From a candidate division TA06 bacterium B3_TA06 (lineage in GTDB: Bacteria; Hydrothermota; Tepidihabitantia; B3-TA06), in contig NJBO01000002.1 in assembly GCA_005223075.1 (NCBI GenBank), forward strand, positions 113,221 through 177,220: a stretch of DNA of 64,000 nucleotides. The letters run 5' to 3'. This document shows, one piece after another, positions 8,206-17,463 of this stretch (within the stretch, counting starts at the first letter, position 1; the number at the start of each line of letters is the position of its first letter). The notes under the pieces are model-generated. The model ran no database searches. It saw nothing but the letters and a program-made list of their open reading frames with translations, and was not told the origin of the DNA. The translations under genes and the position numbers were made by a program.

Positions 8206-9899
8206 GTTACGTAAGAAAGGCCTTAGGGCTGTTGTTGGCCGCCGGGGTTCTTCTCTCGGCCACAGGATGCGTGTGGCTTTTTGTAAACAGGGACAAATAC
8301 GAGGCCGAGGCCCTGGCAGTGTTCCAGACAGGGGAGGCGTTCTACAAGAAAGCGGACTACGAGAAGGCGATATCTTCGTTCACCGCGGTCATAAAGGGTT
8401 ATCCACGCTCCGAGCTTGTAGATGACGCATACTACCTTGCCTCGCTCGCCTTTGCCAAGAAAAAGGACTGGGAGCACACTGTGGGTGCGGCCCAGCAGCT
8501 TGAGGCGGAATTCCCAGCCTCGCCGCTGATTCCTAAGGTTCAGATCGTTCTGGCGCAGGGCTATGAACACCTCGATCTTTATGTGCCCGCACTTGTAGCA
8601 TACTTCGAGACCTACCTTTATTCTGAGAGCCCTGGTGAGCGAAAGAAGGCAGAATTACAGGCCAAGAACCTGTTGGGGCGTGAGCAGGACTTCAACGTGC
8701 TTACCGACCTTTATGCTAACTATAAAGACACGGACGTAGCGGAGTGGTTCCTTTTCCGATTGGGAATGCGCGCCTATGACGTAGAGAACTTTGCGGCTGC
8801 CGAGCGCTACTTTGCCGAGCTTCGAGCGCGCTTCCCGCGAAGCCCTTATATTGACAGGATAGGAGGACGAGAGATTTCAGCTGCAGCGCTCAAGGGCGAA
8901 CTTGTCTGCGGGGTGCTCTTACCGCTCTCAGGAGACTTCTCGGCATACGCTCAGTCGGTAAGAGAGGGAATTGAACTTGCACACAGCCTTAAGGGAGGCG
9001 GCACGATTCATCTGGAGATATACGATACTCGCTCCGATCCAACCCAGGCCGCCAGGGGGGCAGAGGCCCTGATCCGCAAGCAAGCAAAGATCATCATAGG
9101 GCCACTGACCTCGGCAGAAGTAAACGCTGTTGCAAAGATCGCAGCCAAAGCCGGTATCGTTATGATCTCGCCTACCTCAACCGACCCAGGTCTGCTTTCG
9201 CTTTACGAGTGCCTTTTCCAGCTGAACTCCTACGCCGAGTCCGAGACCCGGGAGATCGCCCGATACGCGGCGCGGCGCGGCACAAAGAAATTCGGAATCC
9301 TTCACCCCAATACTGAGCAGGCTAAGACGCTTGCCGATGCGTTCGCAACCACGGTGCGATCCGAGGGTGGCGAGGTTATCTACTCTCTCCCCCTGAGCGA
9401 CACCGTGGTAGAAATGAGGCAGACTTTTCTCAATGTCCGTCACCAGGGCGCCCAGGCTCTTTTCTTGCCCTTTGACCGTCAACAGCTGCTTTCGGTAGTT
9501 CCACAAGTGGTATACTATAGAATGAAGGTACGCATCCTGGGCCTGGATGACTTTGCGGATATGGAGATTCTTCGCCGCGGCGGGGCACCCTTTGAGGGGG
9601 CGTGGTTTGCCGCATCTGGAGGGCATCTTGCAAATCCTATACCGTTCGAGACGTTCTTTGCTCACTACACCAGACGCTACAACAAAGAGCCTGACTGGGC
9701 CGCAACCCTTGGATACGATGCCTACAACTTCATCTACGAGGCCCTCAGTCAGGGTAAGGATCTCTCCCTGTGCCAGGCGCTCCGAGGACTTGAGAACCGC
9801 CGGGGGGTACTGGGACGCCTCCTATTCCTTACCAATCCCAGCGAGCCCTCGGTGCGTATCTACACAATTCACTCCAACGAAGTGAAGGAGATTAAATGA
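8202..9899 (+). CDS. Lipoprotein with N-terminal TPR region and C-terminal type-1 periplasmic-binding fold (LpoA / LivK-like)
   Basis: Lipobox is LLSATGC. Has TPR-like helical repeats. The C-terminal part (IGPLTSAEVNAVAKIA...ISPTST...) resembles Leu/Ile/Val-binding-protein family receptors. Confidence 0.65.
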   Translation: MSYVRKALGLLLAAGVLLSATGCVWLFVNRDKYEAEALAVFQTGEAFYKKADYEKAISSFTAVIKGYPRSELVDDAYYLASLAFAKKKDWEHTVGAAQQLEAEFPASPLIPKVQIVLAQGYEHLDLYVPALVAYFETYLYSESPGERKKAELQAKNLLGREQDFNVLTDLYANYKDTDVAEWFLFRLGMRAYDVENFAAAERYFAELRARFPRSPYIDRIGGREISAAALKGELVCGVLLPLSGDFSAYAQSVREGIELAHSLKGGGTIHLEIYDTRSDPTQAARGAEALIRKQAKIIIGPLTSAEVNAVAKIAAKAGIVMISPTSTDPGLLSLYECLFQLNSYAESETREIARYAARRGTKKFGILHPNTEQAKTLADAFATTVRSEGGEVIYSLPLSDTVVEMRQTFLNVRHQGAQALFLPFDRQQLLSVVPQVVYYRMKVRILGLDDFADMEILRRGGAPFEGAWFAASGGHLANPIPFETFFAHYTRRYNKEPDWAATLGYDAYNFIYEALSQGKDLSLCQALRGLENRRGVLGRLLFLTNPSEPSVRIYTIHSNEVKEIK

Positions 9900-10126
9900 A
9901 AAAAAGGAGAAGGAAGGAGATAGTGGGCGCGCCCCAGACGCCCCGCTTTCAGCTTATTAACTGGGTGCTGCTGGCCGCAGCGATTATCCTGATAGCATTA
10001 GGTTTCTACAGCCTTTCGCGCGGCTCCATCACCCTTGCCCCAATCCTTCTCGTTGCAGGCTACTGTGTAGTGGTGCCGCTGGCTCTGCTCCTGCGAGTAA
10101 AACCCAAAGAAAAAGATCATGCCTGA
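9896..10126 (+). CDS. Small two-TM membrane protein, unknown function
   Basis: 76-aa ORF, start overlaps the upstream stop (ATGA). Basic N-terminus followed by two hydrophobic helices. Confidence 0.5.
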   Translation: MKKRRRKEIVGAPQTPRFQLINWVLLAAAIILIALGFYSLSRGSITLAPILLVAGYCVVVPLALLLRVKPKEKDHA

Positions 10127-10667
10127 GCGCTGTGTAGCCGACGCGGTCGAAATAAACCGGATGATCATCCGCATCGCTACTCAGATAATCGAACGCAACA
10201 AAGGGGTCGAGAATCTTGCGCTTGTGGGTATCGTTCGGCGAGGAGACGCGCTGGCTCGACGCCTGGCCGCCGAACTTAAGCACCTGGAGGGACTCGATGT
10301 CCCTGTGGGAGCAATAGATATAACCCTTTACCGGGACGATCTTCAGCTTGCAGCTGAGATGCCCATAGTCCAGGCGACATCAATACCTTTCGATGTAACG
10401 GGCAAGATTATCGTGCTCGTAGACGACGTGCTCTACACCGGGCGCACGGTAAGGGCGGCCTTAACCGAGCTCCTTGACTTTGGAAGACCCAAAATAGTCC
10501 AGCTGGCTGTATTGGTCGATCGCATCCACCGGGAGCTACCAATAGGAGGGGATTTCATCGGCCGCAAGATACCCGCTTCAACGAATGAGATAGTAGACGT
10601 ATTCCTTAAAGAAACCGATGGACGAGAGGGCATATTTATTAAGAAAAAAGAACCAGAGGAGGGATAG
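10119..10667 (+). CDS. pyrR: Bifunctional pyrimidine operon regulator / uracil phosphoribosyltransferase PyrR
   Basis: PRPP-binding loop IVLVDDVLYTGRTVRAAL. Size and position directly upstream of pyrB fit PyrR. Confidence 0.9.
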   Translation: MPERCVADAVEINRMIIRIATQIIERNKGVENLALVGIVRRGDALARRLAAELKHLEGLDVPVGAIDITLYRDDLQLAAEMPIVQATSIPFDVTGKIIVLVDDVLYTGRTVRAALTELLDFGRPKIVQLAVLVDRIHRELPIGGDFIGRKIPASTNEIVDVFLKETDGREGIFIKKKEPEEG

Positions 10668-10669
10668 AA

Positions 10670-11605
10670 GTGACCTGGACTCACAAGAACCTGTTGGGTC
10701 TTGAGGGATTATCCAGGGAAGAGATAACCTTCATACTCGACACCGCAGAGCGATTCCACGAGGTGCTGGACAGACCCATTCCTCTGGTGCCGGCCCTGCG
10801 CGGAAAGACCATCCTGAATATGTTCTACGAGGCCTCAACCCGAACCGCCACCTCGTTCGCCATGGCAGCAAAGAGGCTCTCTGCCGACGTGGTCGGGTTC
10901 AGCAAGGCCGCATCGAGCGTGAGTAAGGGCGAGACCCTTCTGGATACGGTTCGCACCATCGAGTCCATGCGGGTAGACGGGGTGGTGATACGTCACTCCT
11001 GTCCTGGTGCTGCCCGCTTTATCGCCCAAAGGATCGACGCCTTCGTGGTAAACGCAGGTGACGGTGCGCACGAGCATCCCACCCAGGGGCTTCTGGATCT
11101 CTTCGCTGTCCGCAAAAGGTTGGGGAGTTTCGAGGACAGACATCTGGTAATCGTAGGCGATATTACTCACAGCCGGGTGGCACACTCAGCCATCTACGGC
11201 TTCTCCACACTGGGTGCTGAGATCACGGTGTGTGGGCCAGCGACCCTTATACCACCTCATTTTAAGAAGGCCTTCCCTGACGTAGAGACCGAGACCGATT
11301 TCGACAAGGCTCTTGTGGATGCGGACATGATAATGATGCTTCGCTTACAGCTTGAGCGCCAAGGCAAGGGGCTCTTTCCTTCGATAAGGGAGTACCGCAA
11401 GCTCTACTGCCTGACCGCAGAGCGCATGAAGAAGGCGAAACCCGATGTGGTGGCTATGCATCCGGGACCGATTAACAGAGGGATAGAGATAGAACCGGCT
11501 GTAGCCGACGGTCCGAACTCGGTGGTATTGGCTCAGGTGCGCGCCGGTGTGGCGGTACGCATGGCGGTCCTTTACATACTTGCAGGAGGTGAGCTTGAGC
11601 ACTAG
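10670..11605 (+). CDS. pyrB: Aspartate carbamoyltransferase catalytic subunit
   Basis: Signature motifs FYEASTRTATSF, HPTQGLLD and HPGPINRG. Confidence 0.95.
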   Translation: MTWTHKNLLGLEGLSREEITFILDTAERFHEVLDRPIPLVPALRGKTILNMFYEASTRTATSFAMAAKRLSADVVGFSKAASSVSKGETLLDTVRTIESMRVDGVVIRHSCPGAARFIAQRIDAFVVNAGDGAHEHPTQGLLDLFAVRKRLGSFEDRHLVIVGDITHSRVAHSAIYGFSTLGAEITVCGPATLIPPHFKKAFPDVETETDFDKALVDADMIMMLRLQLERQGKGLFPSIREYRKLYCLTAERMKKAKPDVVAMHPGPINRGIEIEPAVADGPNSVVLAQVRAGVAVRMAVLYILAGGELEH

Positions 11606-12872
11606 ATTTCTCATACGCGGCGGATACGTCTTCTTCCCTGAAGAGGAGTCCCTGCGAAGGGCGGATGTTGAGATCGCGGAGGGCCGCATCAAAAGGATTG
11701 CAGAGACGCTCCCTGCCGAGGCCGACATCCGGATAATCGAGGCGCAGGATAAACTCCTGTCCCCGGGTTTGATAGACCTGCACGCTCATCTGCGCGAGCC
11801 TGGACGTGAGGATACCGAGACCTTAGAGTCCGGAGCCTGGGCCGCGCTTGCCGGAGGATTCACCACAATATGCGCGATGCCGAACACCCAGCCTCCCATG
11901 GATACAAGGGAGCAGGCGGCTTTTATCAGCAAGCGCTCGGATGAGCTCGGTCTTGCGCGCATACTACCCGTCGGCGCCGCAACCAAGGGCCGTGCCGGTG
12001 AGGAGATTGCCGAATACGCGCTCCTTAAGGAAGCGGGTGTCGTGGCGGTAACAGACGACGGCGACTGGATTTATTCATCCGAAGTAATGCGCTGCGCGCT
12101 TGAGTACGCAGGGATGCTTGGCCTCGTGGTTATTACCCACGCGGAGGAGCCGAGCCTGTGCGAAGAGGGGATAATGAACGAAAGCACGGTCTCGGCAAAG
12201 CTTGGACTTAAGGTGAGACCTGCGGTGGCGGAAGAAGCCGCGATCCAGCGCGACATAGCGCTTGCCTCATGCACCGGCTCCCACCTGCACGTAGCACATA
12301 TCACCACCACTCGCGGAGTGGAGCTGGTGCGCCAGGCACGAGTCAAGGGGATAAAGGTTACGGCAGAAGCCACACCTCACCACCTGCTCCTCACGGACGA
12401 GGCGCTTTTAAGCTTCGATGCCAACTACAAGGTCTACCCGCCCTTGAGGACGGAGGAGGACAGGAAGGCGCTCCTTGAGGCTCTCAAGGACGGAACCATC
12501 CAGGCAATAGCCACCGATCACGCCCCTCACGCGATAGAAGAGAAGGAACAAGAACTTGACCTCGCACCCGCAGGGATGATTGGTTTGCAGACCGCCCTAT
12601 CGGTACTCTGGGAAGGGTTGGTTGAGCCAGAGGTCATCAAACCCGAACTCCTCTTGCGGCTTCTTACCACAGGGCCTGCGTCGGTCATAGGTGAGAAGGT
12701 CGAATTAAAGGAAGAAAGCCCGGCGAATCTCATGGTCTTTGATCCTGCCGCGCGCTGGACGTTCGATGCTCAAAACAACCGCTCGCTGTCGCAAAACTCG
12801 CCGTGGTTCGGCAAAAAGCTCAAAGGCAAGATCGAGCACGTCTTCCTGGGAGAGCGCCACTTTAGCTTCTGA
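11595..12872 (+). CDS. pyrC: Dihydroorotase
   Basis: DLHAHLREPG..., metal ligands HV.H and a TDHAPH motif. Track ORF starts at 11547 inside pyrB. I prefer TTG at 11595 (AGGAGG 5 nt upstream). Start is uncertain by +/- a few codons. Confidence 0.88.
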   Translation: MSTRFLIRGGYVFFPEEESLRRADVEIAEGRIKRIAETLPAEADIRIIEAQDKLLSPGLIDLHAHLREPGREDTETLESGAWAALAGGFTTICAMPNTQPPMDTREQAAFISKRSDELGLARILPVGAATKGRAGEEIAEYALLKEAGVVAVTDDGDWIYSSEVMRCALEYAGMLGLVVITHAEEPSLCEEGIMNESTVSAKLGLKVRPAVAEEAAIQRDIALASCTGSHLHVAHITTTRGVELVRQARVKGIKVTAEATPHHLLLTDEALLSFDANYKVYPPLRTEEDRKALLEALKDGTIQAIATDHAPHAIEEKEQELDLAPAGMIGLQTALSVLWEGLVEPEVIKPELLLRLLTTGPASVIGEKVELKEESPANLMVFDPAARWTFDAQNNRSLSQNSPWFGKKLKGKIEHVFLGERHFSF

Positions 12873-12884
12873 TTAGAGCCCCTC

Positions 12885-14291
12885 TTAGCGTATCAAAATC
12901 AGTTTCAGGGTTGAAGAAGCCGGTGATAGTTTGACAAAATACACCCCTGGGGATAAAGCCTGACCTTTAGCATCCGTTCCATCCCAATGGATGGTTTGAT
13001 TGTCACTGATCGTTAGATCCCTAATCACGCGTCCGCTTGCGTCGTAGATTACTATTCCCCTGACAATATTGGAGTGTGATACGCTGAAGGTAAACTCACC
13101 CCCCACGCTTTTATCTATAGTGAGGGAAGGGAGGTGGTGTGTTACGGGTGTTACGGGTTCTTTTACACCCACGACGGTAGCGTAGGAGGCCCAGATGCTG
13201 TAGTCCCACTCGTCTTCACCCTCTCGATTTGACGACCACACACACCAGATACGTCCCTCGCCGTCAACCGCAATATCAGGGTATTGATCAACTGCCGGAT
13301 GGGTATCCACCGGTGCAGGTTCGCTCCAACCCTCCCCTGTATTTACCGAGTAGTAGATGTCGCCGTATTTATCGTTATCCTCCAACGCCTGTCGCCACAC
13401 CGCCCACGCGTTACCGTATGCATCCACCGCTATCTTGCCACAAGGAAACCAATCATTGTAAAAAGCTCCTGCTACGGCAACCGTCTCTGGTGATGTCCAC
13501 GCATCACCGTTCCAGTAGCTTGCCTTGATGAGGTAGTCTGTATGGAGTCCGCCGTCTTGCTGGTTCCATAATGCCCATACGCCGCCCTTGCGGTCGGGCG
13601 TTAACTTCAAACGAACCAACCATTTTGACTCGGCTATCGAGCTCACCTCGCTCCAATTTCCATTATCGTAGTATCTAGTTTCAAAGACCATTTTCCCACC
13701 CTGACTTTGGGACCATCCGAACCATACTCGACCATACGCATCGGTTGTGATAGAATTAAGGACATGATCTCCTTCCTCCAAAGTGTCGGTAACCGGTTGC
13801 GGTTCCTGCCATACGCCGTTCTGATAACGGTTATACGCTCCCTTAAAGAAACCCCACCACTCTGTGGACCACGCTGCCCATACACCGTTAGTGCTGTCGG
13901 CGGTGATCTTTGAACCAAAGTTACACGAAGAATAGGTAAGTACGTACTCCTTCTCGCTCCAGCTTTCTCCATCCCAGCGGATATAGTAAATTTGCCAATC
14001 ATTATCGTTAAGCAGCCAAAGCGTATCACCCTTGTCAAAACATCCCCTATCCATTCCACTGATTCCGCCGATCCCCCCTTCAGTCATTTTTTGCCAACCA
14101 GTTTCACCATTTTGAAACCTCAATACCCAAGGTAAGGCAAGGGCCCAGGCAACTCCACTATTGTCAATTATAACAGCCGGATCCTCATTATGAGTATTGA
14201 ACGGTACGAGACTTTCCGGTTCAGACCACACGTTTCCGAACGCCAGGCCATAAAGAGACAAGACGCTAAGTACAAAACACTGCAGCTTCAT
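12885..14291 (-). CDS. Secreted Trp-rich beta-propeller-like repeat protein with T9SS C-terminal sorting domain
   Basis: GGAGG-N5-ATG at 14291 and signal peptide MKLQCFVLSVLSLYGLAFG. Repeated G.VW..W blades. C-terminus is ...IYDASGRVIRDL...WDGTDAKGQALSPGVYFVKLSPASSTLKLILIR. Confidence 0.75.
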   Translation of the reverse strand: MKLQCFVLSVLSLYGLAFGNVWSEPESLVPFNTHNEDPAVIIDNSGVAWALALPWVLRFQNGETGWQKMTEGGIGGISGMDRGCFDKGDTLWLLNDNDWQIYYIRWDGESWSEKEYVLTYSSCNFGSKITADSTNGVWAAWSTEWWGFFKGAYNRYQNGVWQEPQPVTDTLEEGDHVLNSITTDAYGRVWFGWSQSQGGKMVFETRYYDNGNWSEVSSIAESKWLVRLKLTPDRKGGVWALWNQQDGGLHTDYLIKASYWNGDAWTSPETVAVAGAFYNDWFPCGKIAVDAYGNAWAVWRQALEDNDKYGDIYYSVNTGEGWSEPAPVDTHPAVDQYPDIAVDGEGRIWCVWSSNREGEDEWDYSIWASYATVVGVKEPVTPVTHHLPSLTIDKSVGGEFTFSVSHSNIVRGIVIYDASGRVIRDLTISDNQTIHWDGTDAKGQALSPGVYFVKLSPASSTLKLILIR

Positions 14292-14346
14292 GCCAACCTC
14301 CAAAGGGGGCGGAATATCACCGCCCCCTTTAGTATAGTCTGTTTAA

Positions 14347-14606
14347 CTACCTTAGCAAGACGATTCTCTCGCTCGCGTTGAACTCATCGGAGTGCAACCG
14401 TACGAAGTAGACGCCTGCGGGCATTGCAAGCCTTTGTTGTCGCGTCCGTTCCAGATAACCTCGTAGTGTCCGGGGGATTTGTTATCCGAGACCAGTATCT
14501 TAACTTCACGACCCGTCACGTCGAAGATGCTTAGCTCAATGTGCTGAGTTTCCGTAGAACCAACCTTTCCAGCCACTGAATAGGAGATTGTTGTTGAAGG
14601 ACCGTC
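14347..14606 (-). pseudogene. Orphan, frameshifted T9SS C-terminal-domain remnant (no N-terminal body)
   Basis: Reverse strand reads ...PSTTISYSVAGKVGSTETQHIELSIFDVTGREVKILVSDNKSPGHYEVIWNGRDNKGLQ. After a 1-nt shift near 14421-14430 it continues PAGVYFVRLHSDEFNASERIVLLR*. An in-frame TAG lies just upstream, inside the 3' end of the GT2 gene. Confidence 0.75.
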
Positions 14607-15912
14607 AGGTCTCGGCTATCTCCTCACCCTTTATGCGTTTTACCTTCTTCCAACTGCGGGTCTCGAGACCGCAGATAAGGTTGAAGGTTGCGGCTATCAC
14701 CAGCGGGAACCAGTGAAACATGTAGAGCATCGTGATGCAGGTGCGACCAAGTATCTGCCAGATAGAGTACCGGCGCTCACGCACATATGCCGATATCAAC
14801 TTGATTAGAATGAATATGGAAGCCGCTCCCATAACGACGGCAAGGCTCCCCAACCGCAGGTATCCAAGTGTAAATATCCAGACCACCTGGGTCAGGAGAT
14901 CGAACAGCACGTATATGGGCAGAGCGAACTCGGTTAAGAACATCACCATATCAAAGCGCTGACGCGGATGAAGCGGCCCCTTAAGCAGCCGAGGCAGATA
15001 CACAAGATACCGCAGCATGCTGCCTTCAAGCCAGCGCAGCCGCTGCCTGGAAAAGCTCTTGAAATCCGGTGCGGCCTGCTCCCATACGGCCGTCTCGGGA
15101 ACAAAGCGTATCCTGTACCCCCCAAGAAGCATCTTGGTTGAAAGATCAAGATCCTCGGTAAGGGTATGGTTGCTCCAGCCGCCTACAGCTTCAAGTGCCG
15201 AGCGTTTTATAAACGAGCCGTTGCCCTTGAACTCCACAGCCCCGCCCACCGAGTCGCGCCCAAGCTGAATGCTTATATCAATCTTGTACTCATCCGCCTG
15301 CAGCAGGCACAAAAGGTTGGTCTCAGGATTGGCTATCCGCTTAGCAACCTGTACCCCGCCTATCTGTTTTGGAGCCAGGTAGCCTACCGCACGGGCGATG
15401 AGATCAGGGGGAAAGTGGGCGTCCGCATCAAGAACGAGCAAAACCTCGCCCTTTGTGAAGGGAAGGCATTCATTCAAGGCCGCGGCCTTGCCCGCAAAAG
15501 CGTCACGCTTGCGGGAAAGAACCTCCAGCTCAGGGTAACATTTCTTTAAGCCCTCTATGACTTGTGGGGTATTGTCAGTAGAACGATCGTCGATCACCCA
15601 AACCTCGTAGTTCCGTGCCCCCTTCTCATGATAGCGAAGCTTGAACGCCTGCTTGATGCTCTCGGTAATGACCTCCTCCTCGTTATGAGCCGGGATAAGC
15701 ACCGAAACAAAGGGACGATAGGTTGCCTCAGGCGGCTTGCGTTCGGCGCCCTTGCCTATCATCAAAGCCGAGTAGCCTATAAGTAGAATGAAGAAAAGCC
15801 CGGTTCCTACAAAAAACCACGGCCCTAACTTAATAAACATCTGCAGACCTGCAAGGGCGGCCACAAAGATGAAAAGGATCAACCTTCGGTTAAATGGAAT
15901 CCGTGCTATCAT
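14605..15912 (-). CDS. Membrane-bound processive family-2 glycosyltransferase (Q.xRW type)
   Basis: VSVLIPAHNEEEVI, DDRSTDNT, LVLDADA and QRLRWLEG, plus multiple TM segments. Track start 15948 is the TTG of a TTGACA -35 box. I use ATG 15912 (TTGACA-17-TAAACT-7-ATG). Confidence 0.85.
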   Translation of the reverse strand: MIARIPFNRRLILFIFVAALAGLQMFIKLGPWFFVGTGLFFILLIGYSALMIGKGAERKPPEATYRPFVSVLIPAHNEEEVITESIKQAFKLRYHEKGARNYEVWVIDDRSTDNTPQVIEGLKKCYPELEVLSRKRDAFAGKAAALNECLPFTKGEVLLVLDADAHFPPDLIARAVGYLAPKQIGGVQVAKRIANPETNLLCLLQADEYKIDISIQLGRDSVGGAVEFKGNGSFIKRSALEAVGGWSNHTLTEDLDLSTKMLLGGYRIRFVPETAVWEQAAPDFKSFSRQRLRWLEGSMLRYLVYLPRLLKGPLHPRQRFDMVMFLTEFALPIYVLFDLLTQVVWIFTLGYLRLGSLAVVMGAASIFILIKLISAYVRERRYSIWQILGRTCITMLYMFHWFPLVIAATFNLICGLETRSWKKVKRIKGEEIAET

Positions 15913-15963
15913 GTTTGTTAGTTTATCAGTCCTCAGGCAAATTGTCAAGGAAGTCCAGCCGCC

Positions 15964-16377
15964 TCATCTCTTCAATGCCTTTTTGAGGCGTGAGTTATCC
16001 TTCTCAGCGGTTGAGGGAGCCTCCTTAGCCGCAGCAATTCGAAGGGCCAGGTCTTGCCTGAGGATGATAAGGATGACGATAACGGCGAAAACCCCGGAAA
16101 GAATACCGATCCTGAAGTACCAGGAGAACGAGGTGGTGGAAAAGAACCGCACTGCAAGAAAACCAAGCAAGCAGACGAGCAGAAACAGCAAGCCGTCTAT
16201 AGCCCAAAGAATCGCTCGAGACGGCGGTTTTTTGTCTGAATACCGTCGATAATAACCGCTGCGGCGTTTTACGACGTGGACAGCGAGAAGTATCAGGAAA
16301 ACGAGCCAGAGAGCTCCAACTGTTATCGCAAGCCAGGGCCCAAGACTGGCCTCGATCAGAGGAGTGATACCAGACAT
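15964..16377 (-). CDS. Multi-TM membrane protein, unknown function (upstream of the GT2 gene, same strand)
   Basis: ORF trimmed to ATG 16377 (MSGITPLIEASLGPWLAITVGALWLV...). Has three or four hydrophobic helices. Confidence 0.5.
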   Translation of the reverse strand: MSGITPLIEASLGPWLAITVGALWLVFLILLAVHVVKRRSGYYRRYSDKKPPSRAILWAIDGLLFLLVCLLGFLAVRFFSTTSFSWYFRIGILSGVFAVIVILIILRQDLALRIAAAKEAPSTAEKDNSRLKKALKR

Positions 16378-16382
16378 TCTCA

Positions 16383-16410
16383 AAGATACCACTTTCTGCT
16401 GAACTGTCAA
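16383..16410 (-). promoter_or_regulatory. Sigma70-type promoter, TTGACA-16-TATCTT, 5 nt from ATG 16377 (leaderless layout)
   Basis: Reverse strand has TTGACA (16405-16410) and TATCTT (16383-16388). It is back to back with the + strand TTGACA-16-TAAAAT (16420-16447) serving 16482. Confidence 0.5.
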
Positions 16411-16481
16411 GTAAAAATCTTGACAAGTAAAGCTGTTCAAATAAAATAGGCACGGATTACTGGAAGGATGAAAGGAGAATC

Positions 16482-17423
16482 ATGAAGGTTCTGGTTACCG
16501 GGGCGGATAAATTTCTGGGTTCGCACCTTGTGGATCGTCTGGTGGCAGAGAACGAGGACGTGGTAGCACTCGATCCGACCGGAGGACGAGGATTCATAAC
16601 CACCAAAGCCCGTGTATATCGCCACGATTATCGCTCGGAAAACCTGCAAAAACTCTTCGAGAAGGAGCGAGTGGACGTTGTTTGCCACTTCGCCTACGAG
16701 CACTCTCTGGTAAACAGCTTTGAACGCCCCCTTCAAAACGCAGACCATATCATTTATGCTCTGATCCTTCTTGAGCTATGCAAGCAATACCAGGTGAAAC
16801 GGGTGATCTACGGTTCTTCCACAGCGGTCTACGGGAACCCCCAGTATCTACCGTGTGACGAGGAGCACCCTACTCATCCGGTCTCGCCGGTGGGGGTCAC
16901 CCAGCGAACGGTCGAAAACTACCTATACTCCTACTGGGTTAACTTCGGGCTTGATCATGCTATTCTGCGGACGGCAAACGTCTACGGCCCTCGTCAAAGC
17001 TTAGGGCCCGAAGGCCGAATTATCTCTATTCTCATCGGCCAAATGCTGCAGGGAAAGCAGGTTATCATCAACGGCGATGGTTGGCAGGAACGTGACTTTG
17101 TCTTCTTCTCCGACGTAATAGACGCGGCAATTGCGGCGATAAGACTCCCTGAGCGAAAAACCAAGCGCGCCGCATCCGTTGACTTCATCTACAACCTGGG
17201 GACCGGTGAGGGCGTCGCAATCAACCGGATCTTCGCTATGCTCAAGGAACGCATCCCTTACGAACTCAAACCAGTTCGCGGACCCCAACTCCCATGTGAG
17301 GTATTCGAGATGCGCCTTGATGCCCATCACGCCGGGACCTCGCTGGGATTCAAACCCAAGGTAGGGCTTGAGGAGGGGATTGACCGCACCCTGCTCTGGT
17401 TCAAAAAGGAACTGAACGTCTAG
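16482..17423 (+). CDS. Extended-SDR (NAD-dependent epimerase/dehydratase fold) protein with degenerate cofactor and catalytic motifs
   Basis: GalE-like along its whole length (YGSSTAVYG, NVYGPRQ, GDGWQERDFVF). However TGxxGxxG reads TGADKFLG, and the catalytic PYGxSK reads PVGVTQR. AGGAG-N4-ATG start. Confidence 0.8.
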   Translation: MKVLVTGADKFLGSHLVDRLVAENEDVVALDPTGGRGFITTKARVYRHDYRSENLQKLFEKERVDVVCHFAYEHSLVNSFERPLQNADHIIYALILLELCKQYQVKRVIYGSSTAVYGNPQYLPCDEEHPTHPVSPVGVTQRTVENYLYSYWVNFGLDHAILRTANVYGPRQSLGPEGRIISILIGQMLQGKQVIINGDGWQERDFVFFSDVIDAAIAAIRLPERKTKRAASVDFIYNLGTGEGVAINRIFAMLKERIPYELKPVRGPQLPCEVFEMRLDAHHAGTSLGFKPKVGLEEGIDRTLLWFKKELNV

Positions 17424-17463
17424 CATCCGCCTCACTTACCAGGCAAGGAGGACGTGAAGGGGA

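Noticed and set aside
11547-11594. pyrC start at 11547, overlapping pyrB by 59 nt.
   Set aside because: The extra N-terminal residues are not dihydroorotase-like. TTG 11595 has an AGGAGG 5 nt upstream, and the conserved core begins right after it.
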